From a virus: a stretch of 64,000 bases of DNA. The stretch lies in the IMG/VR virus record IMGVR_UViG_3300042892_003815, positions 126,951 through 190,950 of that record, one strand, 5' to 3'. Positions 8,886 through 19,581 of this stretch are shown here, piece by piece. Under the pieces are notes generated by a model that saw only the letters and a program-made list of their open reading frames with translations, was not told where the DNA came from and made no database searches. Every line of letters starts with the position of its first letter. Position 1 is the first letter of the stretch. The position numbers and the translations under genes were made by a program.

Positions 8886-9330
8886 ATTTTTTTATTGATA
8901 TAATGATTGATCTGATAGCAAATTTCACACCATCTTCAATCTCATCTAATTTAACATCTTTGTAAGAAAAAACATGACTTGCAAAAGTAATATTTAAAAT
9001 TTCATAATTCTTGTCTAACATACTTAGAAATGGTATGAATTGATCTTTAATATCATTCCAGTAAAATGTCATCGGTTGATAGGGAGTATCAAAAACTGTT
9101 AAAGGAGTATCTGATCTGTAAGTTTCCCTTTCTCTATAAAGTGAAAGTACATATGAATTAGAACTTTCCGATACTCCACCTCCTCCAAATTGAGTACCTT
9201 GAGAACAATATCTATTATCTAATACTCTAACCTTAAATGTTGTGTCATCTAACAAATAAGCTAGATATGTTTCACAAAAATCTATTATTTCATTTTCATT
9301 GAAACTCTCAAATAATTTTAAATATCTCAT
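8884..9330 (-). CDS. Hypothetical protein, paralogue of 38657..39121; capsid-targeting-like N-terminus
   Basis: MRYLKLFESFNE; shares DFCETxLAYL and WxxIKDxFIPFL motifs. Confidence 0.8.
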   Translation of the reverse strand: MRYLKLFESFNENEIIDFCETYLAYLLDDTTFKVRVLDNRYCSQGTQFGGGGVSESSNSYVLSLYRERETYRSDTPLTVFDTPYQPMTFYWNDIKDQFIPFLSMLDKNYEILNITFASHVFSYKDVKLDEIEDGVKFAIRSIIISIKK

Positions 9331-10157
9331 AAATTATTATTTTTTATTATCATTTTAATGTGAGTTGAATGTGTTATTTTAACTCCAAAGTCTTTACCAA
9401 CCGTATCTTGAATAAATGGAACTATAAAATCCTGTTCATATTGAATATTATAATTTGAGGGAATTTTCTTTTTAACGGTTTCTAATGAAACTGGTAAGTA
9501 ATTCTCATTTACCTCTCTTTCCCAATTATCTAAATATCTATATTTTAATAAGAAATGACAAAATGTTCTATAATTATCATCAATAGTTCCCCATCTTTTC
9601 TCAAATTGGTCTAAGTAAAAATTATCAGCTCTTTTTCTAACCTTTTTCACATCTTGTCTAAAGTTTTCTACTTCATTTTTATGAATTTCACAAGAAGGTA
9701 TCATATCTCTAATAGTAATCCATTTGAAATTACCACCAAATACTTGTTTTTCCCAGAATTTTTTAATAACTGAGGAATGTGAATATGAATAAACTTCGTG
9801 AATAACAGAACTTAGATTAAGTAGAGGTGATTTAAAATCTTGTAGATTTTCAACAACTTGATCCCAATTATCTGTTAGTAAAGCTTCTTCTCCTAATTCA
9901 TATCTAGCTCTCTTTAACATTGTTTCATCTAAATCATATCCAATTATTTTAACATTTGGTTTTAATTGTTTTACTTTAGAAAGAAAAGATCCATTGGCAC
10001 AACCAAAATCTACAATAACATCAAAGTCTAATTGACTAACAAAGAATAACTTATCTTGCATGGACTTTTCCATACCTTCAATATATCTATCTAAGTCAGA
10101 TATTTCAGTTTCACCTACAAGTTCTTCTAAGAATAGTTGCCAATTGAGTATTTTCAT
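9327..10157 (-). CDS. Class I SAM-dependent methyltransferase
   Basis: Motif I VDFGCANG, motif II IIGYDLD, SSVIHEVYSY, ITIRD. Confidence 0.8.
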   Translation of the reverse strand: MKILNWQLFLEELVGETEISDLDRYIEGMEKSMQDKLFFVSQLDFDVIVDFGCANGSFLSKVKQLKPNVKIIGYDLDETMLKRARYELGEEALLTDNWDQVVENLQDFKSPLLNLSSVIHEVYSYSHSSVIKKFWEKQVFGGNFKWITIRDMIPSCEIHKNEVENFRQDVKKVRKRADNFYLDQFEKRWGTIDDNYRTFCHFLLKYRYLDNWEREVNENYLPVSLETVKKKIPSNYNIQYEQDFIVPFIQDTVGKDFGVKITHSTHIKMIIKNNNL

Positions 10158-10173
10158 ATACTATATATTAAAA

Positions 10174-10938
10174 TTATCTCCAGATTTTTTCGAGGTTTAT
10201 CTTAGAAGTCATTTCAACTACTTTACCATCTTTAATAAGTGAGTATCTTTGAATTGGAGCAAATGTATTTATTATTTTTTTAATCTTTATAATTTCATCT
10301 GACTCCATATCAAAATTAAATATTTGTAATAAGTTTTCAATCTCTCTATATTTTAAGTGATTTTTATGACCGACAAAATGTGTAAAGTCATAGAAGTAAG
10401 AATTATAAACGCCAGAATTCTCCTCAGCTGATTTTACAATTAAAAAGTTAGTTAAACAGTTCTCAACACCAATTGAAGGTAAAGTATATTTATAACCATT
10501 GACTACAAAACATCTTTCTTCATAATCATAATACTTTATTAAATCCCCTAATTGAAAGTAGTTAAAGTTTTTAGATCCAAATTCTATTTTTTCTTCTTTA
10601 TCTTTATTCTTATCAAAGTAAATTAAGTTGATTGGTCTTCCTTTTGTTAAACTAACGATTTCTAAAAATATAAATATAACATCAATACTTTTAATATCCT
10701 CATATTTATATCCGTCAGAGACTATAATATTCTTTTGAACTATTTTTTTAATATAATAGATTACGACACCTAAATCATCTCTAACGTAGTTTTTCTCATA
10801 ATCAATAATATCCTTTTTACTTGCTGATGTAACAGTTATTTTAAGGTTATTCTTATAAAATAAACCTTGTGATGGAAGTAGTTTAATATCTATCTTTCTT
10901 TTTCTTATAAATAGTTTTCTAAAGAATTCACTTATCAT
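10174..10938 (-). CDS. Baseplate hub assembly protein (T4 gp26-like)
   Basis: N-terminal LPSQGLFY motif typical of gp26-like hub proteins, recognised from memory. Confidence 0.6.
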   Translation of the reverse strand: MISEFFRKLFIRKRKIDIKLLPSQGLFYKNNLKITVTSASKKDIIDYEKNYVRDDLGVVIYYIKKIVQKNIIVSDGYKYEDIKSIDVIFIFLEIVSLTKGRPINLIYFDKNKDKEEKIEFGSKNFNYFQLGDLIKYYDYEERCFVVNGYKYTLPSIGVENCLTNFLIVKSAEENSGVYNSYFYDFTHFVGHKNHLKYREIENLLQIFNFDMESDEIIKIKKIINTFAPIQRYSLIKDGKVVEMTSKINLEKIWR

Positions 10939-10988
10939 AGTTTATATATTATTTTTCAGGGGCTCATGACAGAGTAATATATACTTTT

Positions 10989-11702
10989 ATGATTATAAAT
11001 GGTGATGGTTATGAAGAATTATTAAAAATAGAAAGTAATTCTATTGATTTGGTTTTAATAGATCCACCTTATATTATTTCCAGAAAATCTGGTTTTAAAG
11101 GTATTACCGAGAATACACCTAAGGAACTAGCTTCAAAGTATAATATTTCAATTGATTTTGGTGATTGGGATAAAAAAGAATTAAATTGGGAAGAACTTTT
11201 TAAACAATACTATCGCATTCTAAAGAAAGGTGGAACTTTAATTATTTTTTATGATATTTGGAAAGCAAATGAATTAAAAGAAAATGCAGAGTTAGTTAAG
11301 TTTAAACAACCAAGAGTAGGTAGTTGGGTTAAAAATAATCCTGTTCCAATCAATTCAAAATTAAACTATCTATCAAATTCAACAGAATATTTCTTTACAT
11401 TTATAAAGGATAAAAAACCAACATTTAATTCAGAGTATGATAATGGTATTTATAAATATCCTATTTGTCATGGAAAAGAAAGATATGAACACCCTACACA
11501 GAAACCACTTGAATTGATGAAGGAGTTGATTAGAAAACATTCTAATCCTGGTGATACTGTTTTAGATTCATTTGCAGGAACTGGTACAACAGGACATGCT
11601 GCATTATTATTGGATAGAAAATATATTCTAATTGAAAAAGAGGAAAAATATTTTGAAATTATTAAAAAACGTTTACAGAAACTAAACAAAAACGATATAT
11701 AG
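10989..11702 (+). CDS. Orphan DNA amino-methyltransferase (N4-C/N6-A, beta class)
   Basis: DPPY catalytic motif precedes HPTQKP and the SAM-binding LDSFAGTGTT. Confidence 0.92.
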   Translation: MIINGDGYEELLKIESNSIDLVLIDPPYIISRKSGFKGITENTPKELASKYNISIDFGDWDKKELNWEELFKQYYRILKKGGTLIIFYDIWKANELKENAELVKFKQPRVGSWVKNNPVPINSKLNYLSNSTEYFFTFIKDKKPTFNSEYDNGIYKYPICHGKERYEHPTQKPLELMKELIRKHSNPGDTVLDSFAGTGTTGHAALLLDRKYILIEKEEKYFEIIKKRLQKLNKNDI

Positions 11703-11727
11703 TTATATAAAAAATAAAAGTTTAAAA

Positions 11728-12129
11728 ATGAGTATGATAATTAAAAATCTACAACTTACTAATGACACAATTGGTGCATTAAATACTTTAATTGAGTTGG
11801 ATATAAATGCTACAGTTGCATTTAGATTGACAAGAATTATTAAAGAATTATCTTCAATTGTTGAAGATAAGTTAAAAATGGAGAAAAAGATCTTAGACAA
11901 GTGGGTTGAAAAAGGAGAAGATGGTAATCCGATAGTTCCGACAGGAGAAGATGGTAATCCAATTGAAGGTACAGTAAATATTACAAATGTTGATGAGTTT
12001 ACAAAAGAAATGAGTCAACTAATGGAAGTTGAAACTGAAATTCCATTTGAAAAAATAGACTTTGAAGATTTAGGTCTAACAACTGCAAAAGTTAAAGATT
12101 TAATCAAATTAGAGTTCTTATTTAATTAA
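11728..12129 (+). CDS. Conserved hypothetical phage protein (DUF1617-like)
   Basis: 133 aa helical, acidic ORF; family resemblance from memory only. Confidence 0.65.
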   Translation: MSMIIKNLQLTNDTIGALNTLIELDINATVAFRLTRIIKELSSIVEDKLKMEKKILDKWVEKGEDGNPIVPTGEDGNPIEGTVNITNVDEFTKEMSQLMEVETEIPFEKIDFEDLGLTTAKVKDLIKLEFLFN

Positions 12130-12132
12130 GAC

Positions 12133-12160
12133 AAAGTCCAACGAAAGTTGGACTTTTTTT
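12133..12160 (+). terminator. Intrinsic terminator
   Basis: AAAGTCCAAC-GAAA-GTTGGACTTT followed by a T-run. Confidence 0.85.
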
Positions 12161-12209
12161 ATAAAGTAGTTCTGATTTTTTTATATATACATAAAAAGAA
12201 TTTAATTAG

Positions 12210-13826
12210 ATGCCAGCTACTTTTAGCATAAACTCCGGACAATTAACTGAATCAACTAGAAAACCTAATATTTTCAGTGTTTTAAATGATATTCAAGATA
12301 ATACACAAAAGTTAATATCTCCAAGAGACGTTAGAGATGCTTTTTTATCCACTTGGGCAAATTCACCATTTAAAATAACAACTCCTAATTCACTAGCAAA
12401 TTTTGAATATATTGGTATTGATTCTAATAATCCTGGTAATAGAGATATTAAAGAAAAAATACTATTAGGGAAAAGAAGTTATGGTAATTTAGATGTGATG
12501 AACACATTTCTATTAGGTAGTGATACTGATATATTCCTATTTAATACAAAACCAGATTCCGTAACACAAAGTTCAACTAAAATAGGAATTTTAGCAGGTA
12601 CTAATTCTAGTTTATATCATTATGCACCTTATATAGAATCTAATGTAAATACTAGCGAGACTGCAATAGATTTAAACATAATAAATCCTGCTCTTTCTGG
12701 TGCAATAAATATACTTTCTACAACAGGTAGGGTTGCTATAAATCAAGTACTTTTCCCAACTGTTGCTGAAACATTTGGATCCGCATCTGATGGTAGAATA
12801 TTAAGATACCGTGGTACTTATCCATCAGGATATCTTAAATGGGAAGATCCAACTATAACTCTTAATACAATTGGTACTCCTGGATATGTAACAAACATAT
12901 ACGGTAGTACAGTGAGTGTAAATGGATATCCAATTGAGTTTATAGATGATGATTATGTGCCAAATACAATTGGTGGTGTAGAAATGGGTTCGTCATTTTC
13001 AGCATCGTCATTTTTTAATGGTACTACTTATCAAAACTGGCCAGTAACTGAAGTTTTAAAAGAACTTTTATATCCTTATGTACCACCTGTTTTAGAGCTT
13101 AGTGTAATAAATACAGTTACAGGTACAACATACGCAGAAGTTGGAACAACTGCATCAGTTATTATAAATAGTAAAATTACAACATATCAAAGAAATACTA
13201 ATGAAAAGATACAAAATTATCAGATTATACCTAATACAAGCTATACTGGTTTATCTTTTTCTGGTACACCAAGTTCATTTGTAGCACATGTAATAAATAC
13301 ATCAACATATAGTACAGTAGTAGATACAAAAACTTGGACTTTGAATGTTTCTGACTCTAGTTTAATTACTTTTTCATATAGTAAAACCGCAACAATACAA
13401 TATGTTTATCCTATTTATTACGGATTTACATCATCAATTATAACTGATATAAACTTCAATAGTATAGTATCAACTTTTAATAAGGTTATTTTACCTTATC
13501 CTGGGTCAGGAGGATCTTTCTCTTTCCCTTATAATGGTTCTGGATATTTATATTTTATTCATGTAAAGGATAGTGTTTGGGAGAATTCAGGTGCACCTGC
13601 ACAATCTGGTCTACAACAAATTAAAGATCCAAATGGATTTATAACACACGAAAGAACTGAGCTTATTTACTCTTCTTTTACTTCATCTCAAGTAACTGCC
13701 GCTATTGATTTAACACATCCTGCAACAGGTTATCCTAAAGATTTTAGAGTTTGGAGAACTAAATGGTTATGTGCTTATCCTGGACCATATTCAACAGTAC
13801 CAGGTAATTTTAAATTTATATTTTAA
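12210..13826 (+). CDS. Putative virion structural protein, paralogue of the next gene
   Basis: 538 aa, S/T/G/N/Y-rich beta-type composition; late-type promoter at 12181-12189. Confidence 0.7.
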   Translation: MPATFSINSGQLTESTRKPNIFSVLNDIQDNTQKLISPRDVRDAFLSTWANSPFKITTPNSLANFEYIGIDSNNPGNRDIKEKILLGKRSYGNLDVMNTFLLGSDTDIFLFNTKPDSVTQSSTKIGILAGTNSSLYHYAPYIESNVNTSETAIDLNIINPALSGAINILSTTGRVAINQVLFPTVAETFGSASDGRILRYRGTYPSGYLKWEDPTITLNTIGTPGYVTNIYGSTVSVNGYPIEFIDDDYVPNTIGGVEMGSSFSASSFFNGTTYQNWPVTEVLKELLYPYVPPVLELSVINTVTGTTYAEVGTTASVIINSKITTYQRNTNEKIQNYQIIPNTSYTGLSFSGTPSSFVAHVINTSTYSTVVDTKTWTLNVSDSSLITFSYSKTATIQYVYPIYYGFTSSIITDINFNSIVSTFNKVILPYPGSGGSFSFPYNGSGYLYFIHVKDSVWENSGAPAQSGLQQIKDPNGFITHERTELIYSSFTSSQVTAAIDLTHPATGYPKDFRVWRTKWLCAYPGPYSTVPGNFKFIF

Positions 13827-13832
13827 TAAGAA

Positions 13833-15353
13833 ATGGGTACATTCAGCTTAAATATAGGACTAATAACTGAAGCTAATAGTAGTCCGCTTCATATTCAAAA
13901 TAATTTTGATGACATATTATTATTGTTAAAAGATAATGATACTAAACTTATTGATCCTAAAGACTTACGTGATGCAATTTTATCAATACATTCAAGTATT
14001 CCATTTAAACAAACATCAACACATTCAATCTATCTATCAAGTAATAGTAACAGTTATATTGGGTTGGATGCATTTGACCCAAGCGATAGAGATATTAAAA
14101 GAAAAATATTTATTGGTAAAAGATCAAATTCTGGTACATTTTCATATAATGGATCTTATGATATTATGAATTCTACCTTATTATCAAATGATATCGATAT
14201 ATTTTTTTATAATACTAAGTTAGATACATTAGACAATACAATAACAAGAATTTCTATATTAGCAGGTAAAAATAATGGTTTATATTCAATTTCACCTTTT
14301 ATACAAAGTGGAATAGTATCCGGTGCTACAGAATCCTTATCATTAGACTTTGTGACAAAAGTAGGTCAAGTAAATATCACAAATGGATATGACTATTCTG
14401 CAGGCACATTTTCAATAAATACACTTACTTGGCCAAGTATTTCATATAGTAGTGCCTCTGCAAGTGATAGCACAACATTATTTTGGAGAGGTTCTACATC
14501 AAGTGGTTATTTAAGTTGGGAACAATTGACACTACCATCGATGAGTACAATAGGAACATCTAGCCAAAGTTTATCAATTTTAGGTACACCGGTAAATGTC
14601 AATGGATATTCACTAGAGTTAGATGATACAAGATATATGCCAATATCATTAGGTGGTATCCCAATGGGAACTACATTTAGTAATGTTCCAATTGTGGATG
14701 TTTTAAGAAGAATTCTTTATCCTTATTTAGGACCATTGTGTTCAATTAGTATTGATTCTAAATATTCAGAGGTTGGATTTCCAGTAACCCCTATTTTAAC
14801 ATACACTATAAACAAAAGAACAAATGTAACACTACCAATTAATCTAATACAGATGAATCCAGGAAGTTTATTACCAATAACTACATCAGAACATAGTACG
14901 GTAACTGGTACGGCAGTAGGTATAATACCAAATAGTTTAACTTCAACGGAAATTGTTTTCTCAGTGGTTGTTAGTGATGGTATTAGAACTGCAACTGCAA
15001 GTACTTTTATTAAAGGAATTTATCCATATTTTTATGGTATAGTATCAAGTACAATAACTCCACAATCTTTATTAAATAACTTAACAAAGAAGATTGAATA
15101 TTTAGGAGAAAAGATAATAAGTGTTAGTGGATCAGGTGATTTTTATTTTATGTATGATAGTGATTACCCAGATTTAGCACAAGTTATAGATGATGTTGGA
15201 AATGATGTTACTATATTCTTTGGTACTCCAACAATACAAACAAGAATGGATCCAAATGGAAATTGGACATCAAAAACTTATAAAGTTTATAAATGGAGTA
15301 TGATAACTCCGATATTAAATCCAGTGAGTTATAAATTTATACATTTACCGTAA
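13833..15353 (+). CDS. Putative virion structural protein, tandem paralogue of 12210..13826
   Basis: Colinear shared motifs: KLIxPxDxRDAxLS, RDIKxKIxxGKRS, GYLxWE, VNGYxxExxD, LYPY, YPxxYG, DPNG. Confidence 0.7.
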   Translation: MGTFSLNIGLITEANSSPLHIQNNFDDILLLLKDNDTKLIDPKDLRDAILSIHSSIPFKQTSTHSIYLSSNSNSYIGLDAFDPSDRDIKRKIFIGKRSNSGTFSYNGSYDIMNSTLLSNDIDIFFYNTKLDTLDNTITRISILAGKNNGLYSISPFIQSGIVSGATESLSLDFVTKVGQVNITNGYDYSAGTFSINTLTWPSISYSSASASDSTTLFWRGSTSSGYLSWEQLTLPSMSTIGTSSQSLSILGTPVNVNGYSLELDDTRYMPISLGGIPMGTTFSNVPIVDVLRRILYPYLGPLCSISIDSKYSEVGFPVTPILTYTINKRTNVTLPINLIQMNPGSLLPITTSEHSTVTGTAVGIIPNSLTSTEIVFSVVVSDGIRTATASTFIKGIYPYFYGIVSSTITPQSLLNNLTKKIEYLGEKIISVSGSGDFYFMYDSDYPDLAQVIDDVGNDVTIFFGTPTIQTRMDPNGNWTSKTYKVYKWSMITPILNPVSYKFIHLP

Positions 15354-15382
15354 ATGAAAATTAAAAAATATATATATAGAGT

Positions 15383-18300
15383 ATGGCAATTAAAATAACC
15401 GATAACTTTCAAGTAAATATTAAAAATCCAATAGACAATAGATTTGTTGTTGGTTCTCAGTCTATACCAGGTGGTACAAGCAGTATATACCCTACTCCTT
15501 TCTATGCATATAGAGATGATATAAGTTCTAATATTGGATTTGTATATCCAGGTCTTAGAATATGGGATTTCAATGATAACTTACCTTATGTTTGGACTGG
15601 AACAACTTGGTCAAATGAAAATATAACAGGTGCATCAGTATTAAGCTCCGGAACTCCAGCATTTAGTGCAGGTGGTGGTTATCAAAACTATATAACAAAG
15701 TTTTATGATACATCAACTGTTCTAACAAAGAGTTTATTTTTTGATAATAATGTTCACGTTTCTTTAGGAAGTATTACTTCAGTAAACCCTAACAATTCTG
15801 GTGGATTAGCTTCACCGTCACTTAATGGAACTCCTAATGGTTTAACACAAGGATTACACATAAATGGTCGTATAAGAACAAATGCTGGATTTGTTGGAGA
15901 TGGTAGTTATATTAGTGGTTTAAATGCTGAAAATATTGGCGGTGGACCATTAGGAACTGGAACATTAAAACTACCATTTATTTCTACCAATGGTGTTATT
16001 CCTGGTGCTACATATGTACTTACTAGTAATACCACAAACAGTCCTATGACACAATGGCAAGATATATTAAATGTTGCACCATTTTGGGAACCTTCAAATT
16101 TACCTATAAATACAACATTACCTAATTATAGTGGAGCCGTTTTATATAGTGGACAGAATACAAGTGCTAACTATTATGAATTCTTTAGTTTAGTATCAAG
16201 TGGTTTACAAATAGATGCTGCAGTAAATGGTAGTGTTAGAATAGAAAGTAAGGCAGGTCAAAATTTAGGCGGAGGTAGTGCATCAGTTTATAAACAATTA
16301 AACCCTACTACTAAAATACATGAGTTTAAAACAATAACTTCAGACTTTATGAATATCACTGAAGTTGGTGATGTTATAAAACTTGATAATAATATAACAT
16401 CTAGTTCTTTGCAAGTAAGTGCAAATGGTCCACACGGTATAACAATTGAGATTCCTGCTTCTTTTGAGGGTACAGACTATTATGTAAATGGATTTTATAA
16501 TCCTAGTCTTACTCAGCTAGGAACTCGTTCTAAACCATTTTCATCACTACAAAACTGTCTTGATAAAATACTAAATAGAGGTGCATTTAATGATCCTAAT
16601 ATAAATAATGGTCTACCATATGAAAAATGGGAAGTAAGAACTGGACCAAACGCGACAAAACCTAGTTACACTAATGGTTATATTAGTAGTCTACCTGGTA
16701 ATGGTGCAGTTAGAGTTATTATACAGTCTTATGTACGAGCATTTGAAAATCTTGCAATACATGGAGTAACATACTTTTTAGAAAAAGGAGGTTATAACTC
16801 ACATATTGTAGTTATTCCATCCGCTATAAATGATACAGCTACTGGTCAACCATTTGAATATCTTTTTGATACTACACCTCTTGTTGATGCAGCACCTAGA
16901 AGTAATCCATATTTTACTACAAATGGTATACCTAATGGCACTCCACTAAATAATAATCCTGGAGAGTTAGACTATGAAATTACTTGTGGTTTAGAAGGAA
17001 GTGGAACACTTACTTTTGAACCTGGACATACTACTAGAAAAGGTTTTATTAAACATAAAGGAACTAATAGTTATGATTGGCTTATTGCAAATCCATCAAG
17101 TCCGTTAAATACTCCAGCAGTCTTTGCTGCGGCAAGTAACTTTCCACCACAACGTGGTTCTTATTTTTCACTAGGTAGTGTAGGTGGATACATAAGTTTT
17201 AATATGTATCCGTTACCAACAGCAGCATCACTTATAACAACTGCACCGCATATATCTGGTACAGTTTCTATGACAATGGAGGATGGTAATCCTTATAATA
17301 GAGAAGGAACTGATATGATTGGATTTTTAACAACTTCAACACCCACTTACGGATTTATACAAGTAGAAGGTAGAAACTCAATGTTTTATCAATCTATGTG
17401 GCTAAATGGTACTATGGTATTGACTCCAATTGAACAACATATGATTTTTTTGAAAGATTATGGAAGTATATATTCTGATAATGGTAGGATTTATATGAGA
17501 AGAAATTATCAGAATGTAGTTTTTAGTAGTGTAGAGTATGTGTCAGACAGACTAAATAGTCAGGCGTTTGGTGCAAATAATCTTAGTGCGGGAAATAATG
17601 GTAATTACTTTAGAGTAATTAGTCTTGGAAATACAAATCCTACTAGTACTGCAGCCGGTTCTTGGAAAGGTATAGCACAACCAACCTCTTGGAGAAAAGC
17701 AATAGGTGGTGCAACCTCACCAACCCCATATCCAACTATTTCAGTAGGAGATGTTTTTAGATCAAATGGTACTCCAGCCACAGGAACTGGTACAATCGCA
17801 TTTTGTGGTAAGAGATATCTTCCATCAACCCATGTACATGATATTTATTTAAAAAATGGTGGTTCGTTACAACATGGTGGAGATTTTTATTCACAACAAA
17901 ACACTGGTATGACCGAAGGAGGAGCAGATTCATTTGTATGTTTGGAAAATAGTATTGTATCTACTGGTGATACTACACATCCTAATCGTTATGGTAGAAG
18001 TAGTACTTTTTGTGAGTTTTCCGCAAATGGTGGTGGATATGTAACTAATCTACACTATAACTACTATATTAAATCGATTTTGCATACATCTTACGGTGAC
18101 TATTCCGATAACTCAGTATCATTTAAAAATCTAAAAATAGACTCTAGTATATTCAAGGGTGTTATTAGAGTAGAAGATAATTTCGGAAATAATTGGAATA
18201 AACTAGCATTTGGAGGAACTTTTAAAAACTGCTATATTGGAAATATTCGATATGGTGGAACTGCAATAATGCCATTTTCAAATATGCCGATCTATATCGG

Positions 18301-18490
18301 TGATGGTAATTATGGTCCAGTAGGGAATCGTAAGATAGTTATTGGTGGAACAACAATAGATTTACCGGGTGGTTTTATAAATACGAGTATACCAATATTT
18401 GGAAGTACGTCATCTGCATTTAGTTCTGGTTTATCAGTTGGTAATATATATAGAGATACTACTGGAAATTTAAAGATGCTTTTACCTTAA
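15383..18490 (+). CDS. Putative tail fibre / receptor-binding protein
   Basis: 1035 aa, G/S/T/N-rich; N-terminus MAIKITDNFQVNIKNPIDNRF typical of phage fibres; located in structural cluster. Confidence 0.65.
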   Translation: MAIKITDNFQVNIKNPIDNRFVVGSQSIPGGTSSIYPTPFYAYRDDISSNIGFVYPGLRIWDFNDNLPYVWTGTTWSNENITGASVLSSGTPAFSAGGGYQNYITKFYDTSTVLTKSLFFDNNVHVSLGSITSVNPNNSGGLASPSLNGTPNGLTQGLHINGRIRTNAGFVGDGSYISGLNAENIGGGPLGTGTLKLPFISTNGVIPGATYVLTSNTTNSPMTQWQDILNVAPFWEPSNLPINTTLPNYSGAVLYSGQNTSANYYEFFSLVSSGLQIDAAVNGSVRIESKAGQNLGGGSASVYKQLNPTTKIHEFKTITSDFMNITEVGDVIKLDNNITSSSLQVSANGPHGITIEIPASFEGTDYYVNGFYNPSLTQLGTRSKPFSSLQNCLDKILNRGAFNDPNINNGLPYEKWEVRTGPNATKPSYTNGYISSLPGNGAVRVIIQSYVRAFENLAIHGVTYFLEKGGYNSHIVVIPSAINDTATGQPFEYLFDTTPLVDAAPRSNPYFTTNGIPNGTPLNNNPGELDYEITCGLEGSGTLTFEPGHTTRKGFIKHKGTNSYDWLIANPSSPLNTPAVFAAASNFPPQRGSYFSLGSVGGYISFNMYPLPTAASLITTAPHISGTVSMTMEDGNPYNREGTDMIGFLTTSTPTYGFIQVEGRNSMFYQSMWLNGTMVLTPIEQHMIFLKDYGSIYSDNGRIYMRRNYQNVVFSSVEYVSDRLNSQAFGANNLSAGNNGNYFRVISLGNTNPTSTAAGSWKGIAQPTSWRKAIGGATSPTPYPTISVGDVFRSNGTPATGTGTIAFCGKRYLPSTHVHDIYLKNGGSLQHGGDFYSQQNTGMTEGGADSFVCLENSIVSTGDTTHPNRYGRSSTFCEFSANGGGYVTNLHYNYYIKSILHTSYGDYSDNSVSFKNLKIDSSIFKGVIRVEDNFGNNWNKLAFGGTFKNCYIGNIRYGGTAIMPFSNMPIYIGDGNYGPVGNRKIVIGGTTIDLPGGFINTSIPIFGSTSSAFSSGLSVGNIYRDTTGNLKMLLP

Positions 18491-18494
18491 TAAT

Positions 18495-18525
18495 AAAAAA
18501 AGAGACTTTTGAAAGTCTCTTTTTT
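18495..18525. terminator. Bidirectional intrinsic terminator
   Basis: AAAAAAAGAGACTTT-TG-AAAGTCTCTTTTTT. Confidence 0.85.
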
Positions 18526-19208
18526 TATTCTTCTAGTTTTTCAAACCACCAATTGAAGTAAATATAATTATCTCCAACTAAGTTATATACATCTGAATTG
18601 TGTTTAATAACTATTTTATCATTATGTGATCTAATCAATTCAACTTCAATTCCTTTTTCCATTCTTAATTGTTTTCCAGTTTCAACTGAATAACAAAGAA
18701 CTTCATCATTTAAAAGTTTATACATACCAGGTTCTGGTTTCAACCAAGTTTTTAATGTTTTGATAATTAAACCTTTGATTTTAATAATCCATTCTTTAGG
18801 TTGATATAAATCCGCATCTTTAAAAACTTCTGATGTAAAGTCAGGTGAGTCCGACATCATATCTTCTATAACTCCCCAGTATTCTTCTTCACCAATAGTA
18901 AATGCTATATAAATATCATATTTTAATGAAGTTGATTTAACTATTCTTAAAACTTTTAATCTTTTAATATCTTGCTCTTCTAATGCTAATTTACTTCTAA
19001 GTGCTTTATAAGCATTAGTTCCTTTTAAATTATACATAATGTCATTGATACGTGACATAGCCTGTCTAATCATATCTTGATTCTTATCAAAAGCATTTAT
19101 AGACAATGATGGATCATCTACGTGTGTCGATGCTTGAACAGAATCAGAATTCATTCTTTGAAGGTTAAATTCTGTAAATTCTAAAATTAGTTTATTTTGT
19201 CTTTTCAT
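18525..19208 (-). CDS. Hypothetical protein
   Basis: 227 aa ORF; LILEFTEF near the N-terminus resembles the capsid-targeting-like motif. Confidence 0.75.
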   Translation of the reverse strand: MKRQNKLILEFTEFNLQRMNSDSVQASTHVDDPSLSINAFDKNQDMIRQAMSRINDIMYNLKGTNAYKALRSKLALEEQDIKRLKVLRIVKSTSLKYDIYIAFTIGEEEYWGVIEDMMSDSPDFTSEVFKDADLYQPKEWIIKIKGLIIKTLKTWLKPEPGMYKLLNDEVLCYSVETGKQLRMEKGIEVELIRSHNDKIVIKHNSDVYNLVGDNYIYFNWWFEKLEE

Positions 19209-19243
19209 ATTAAATATATATATTAAAATTATAATCCGATAAA

Positions 19244-19561
19244 ATGAAAATAAAAAGATTTTTTGAAAGTGATCAAGTAGATATTTCCACAGAAAGAATA
19301 ACAGAAGTTATGGATGAATTAAAAGACTTCATTGCTAATATAGAAGATAGATCCAAAAAGATAGATGCACTAGGTACTGAATTAAGTAACTATAGAAATA
19401 GTTCTACTAAAAGTAATGATCAAATAGATGATTCAATTGCAGCTTTACAGATAATTAAAAAAGATTTAGATGATTGTGTTGATAAATTAGATACGGTCGT
19501 AAATAATTTAGATTCATACAATGTGGACGGGAGAAAGTATCTTTATACTGAAAACAAATAA
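19244..19561 (+). CDS. Hypothetical coiled-coil protein
   Basis: 105 aa heptad-rich ORF starting MKIKRFFES. Confidence 0.75.
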   Translation: MKIKRFFESDQVDISTERITEVMDELKDFIANIEDRSKKIDALGTELSNYRNSSTKSNDQIDDSIAALQIIKKDLDDCVDKLDTVVNNLDSYNVDGRKYLYTENK

Positions 19562-19581
19562 TAATTAAATAGTATAATACT

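Noticed and set aside
9327-10157. Calling the methyltransferase Hen1
   Set aside because: It has the generic SAM motif but no recognisable Hen1 signature (EVIEH, HxFEW), so it is left as unspecified.
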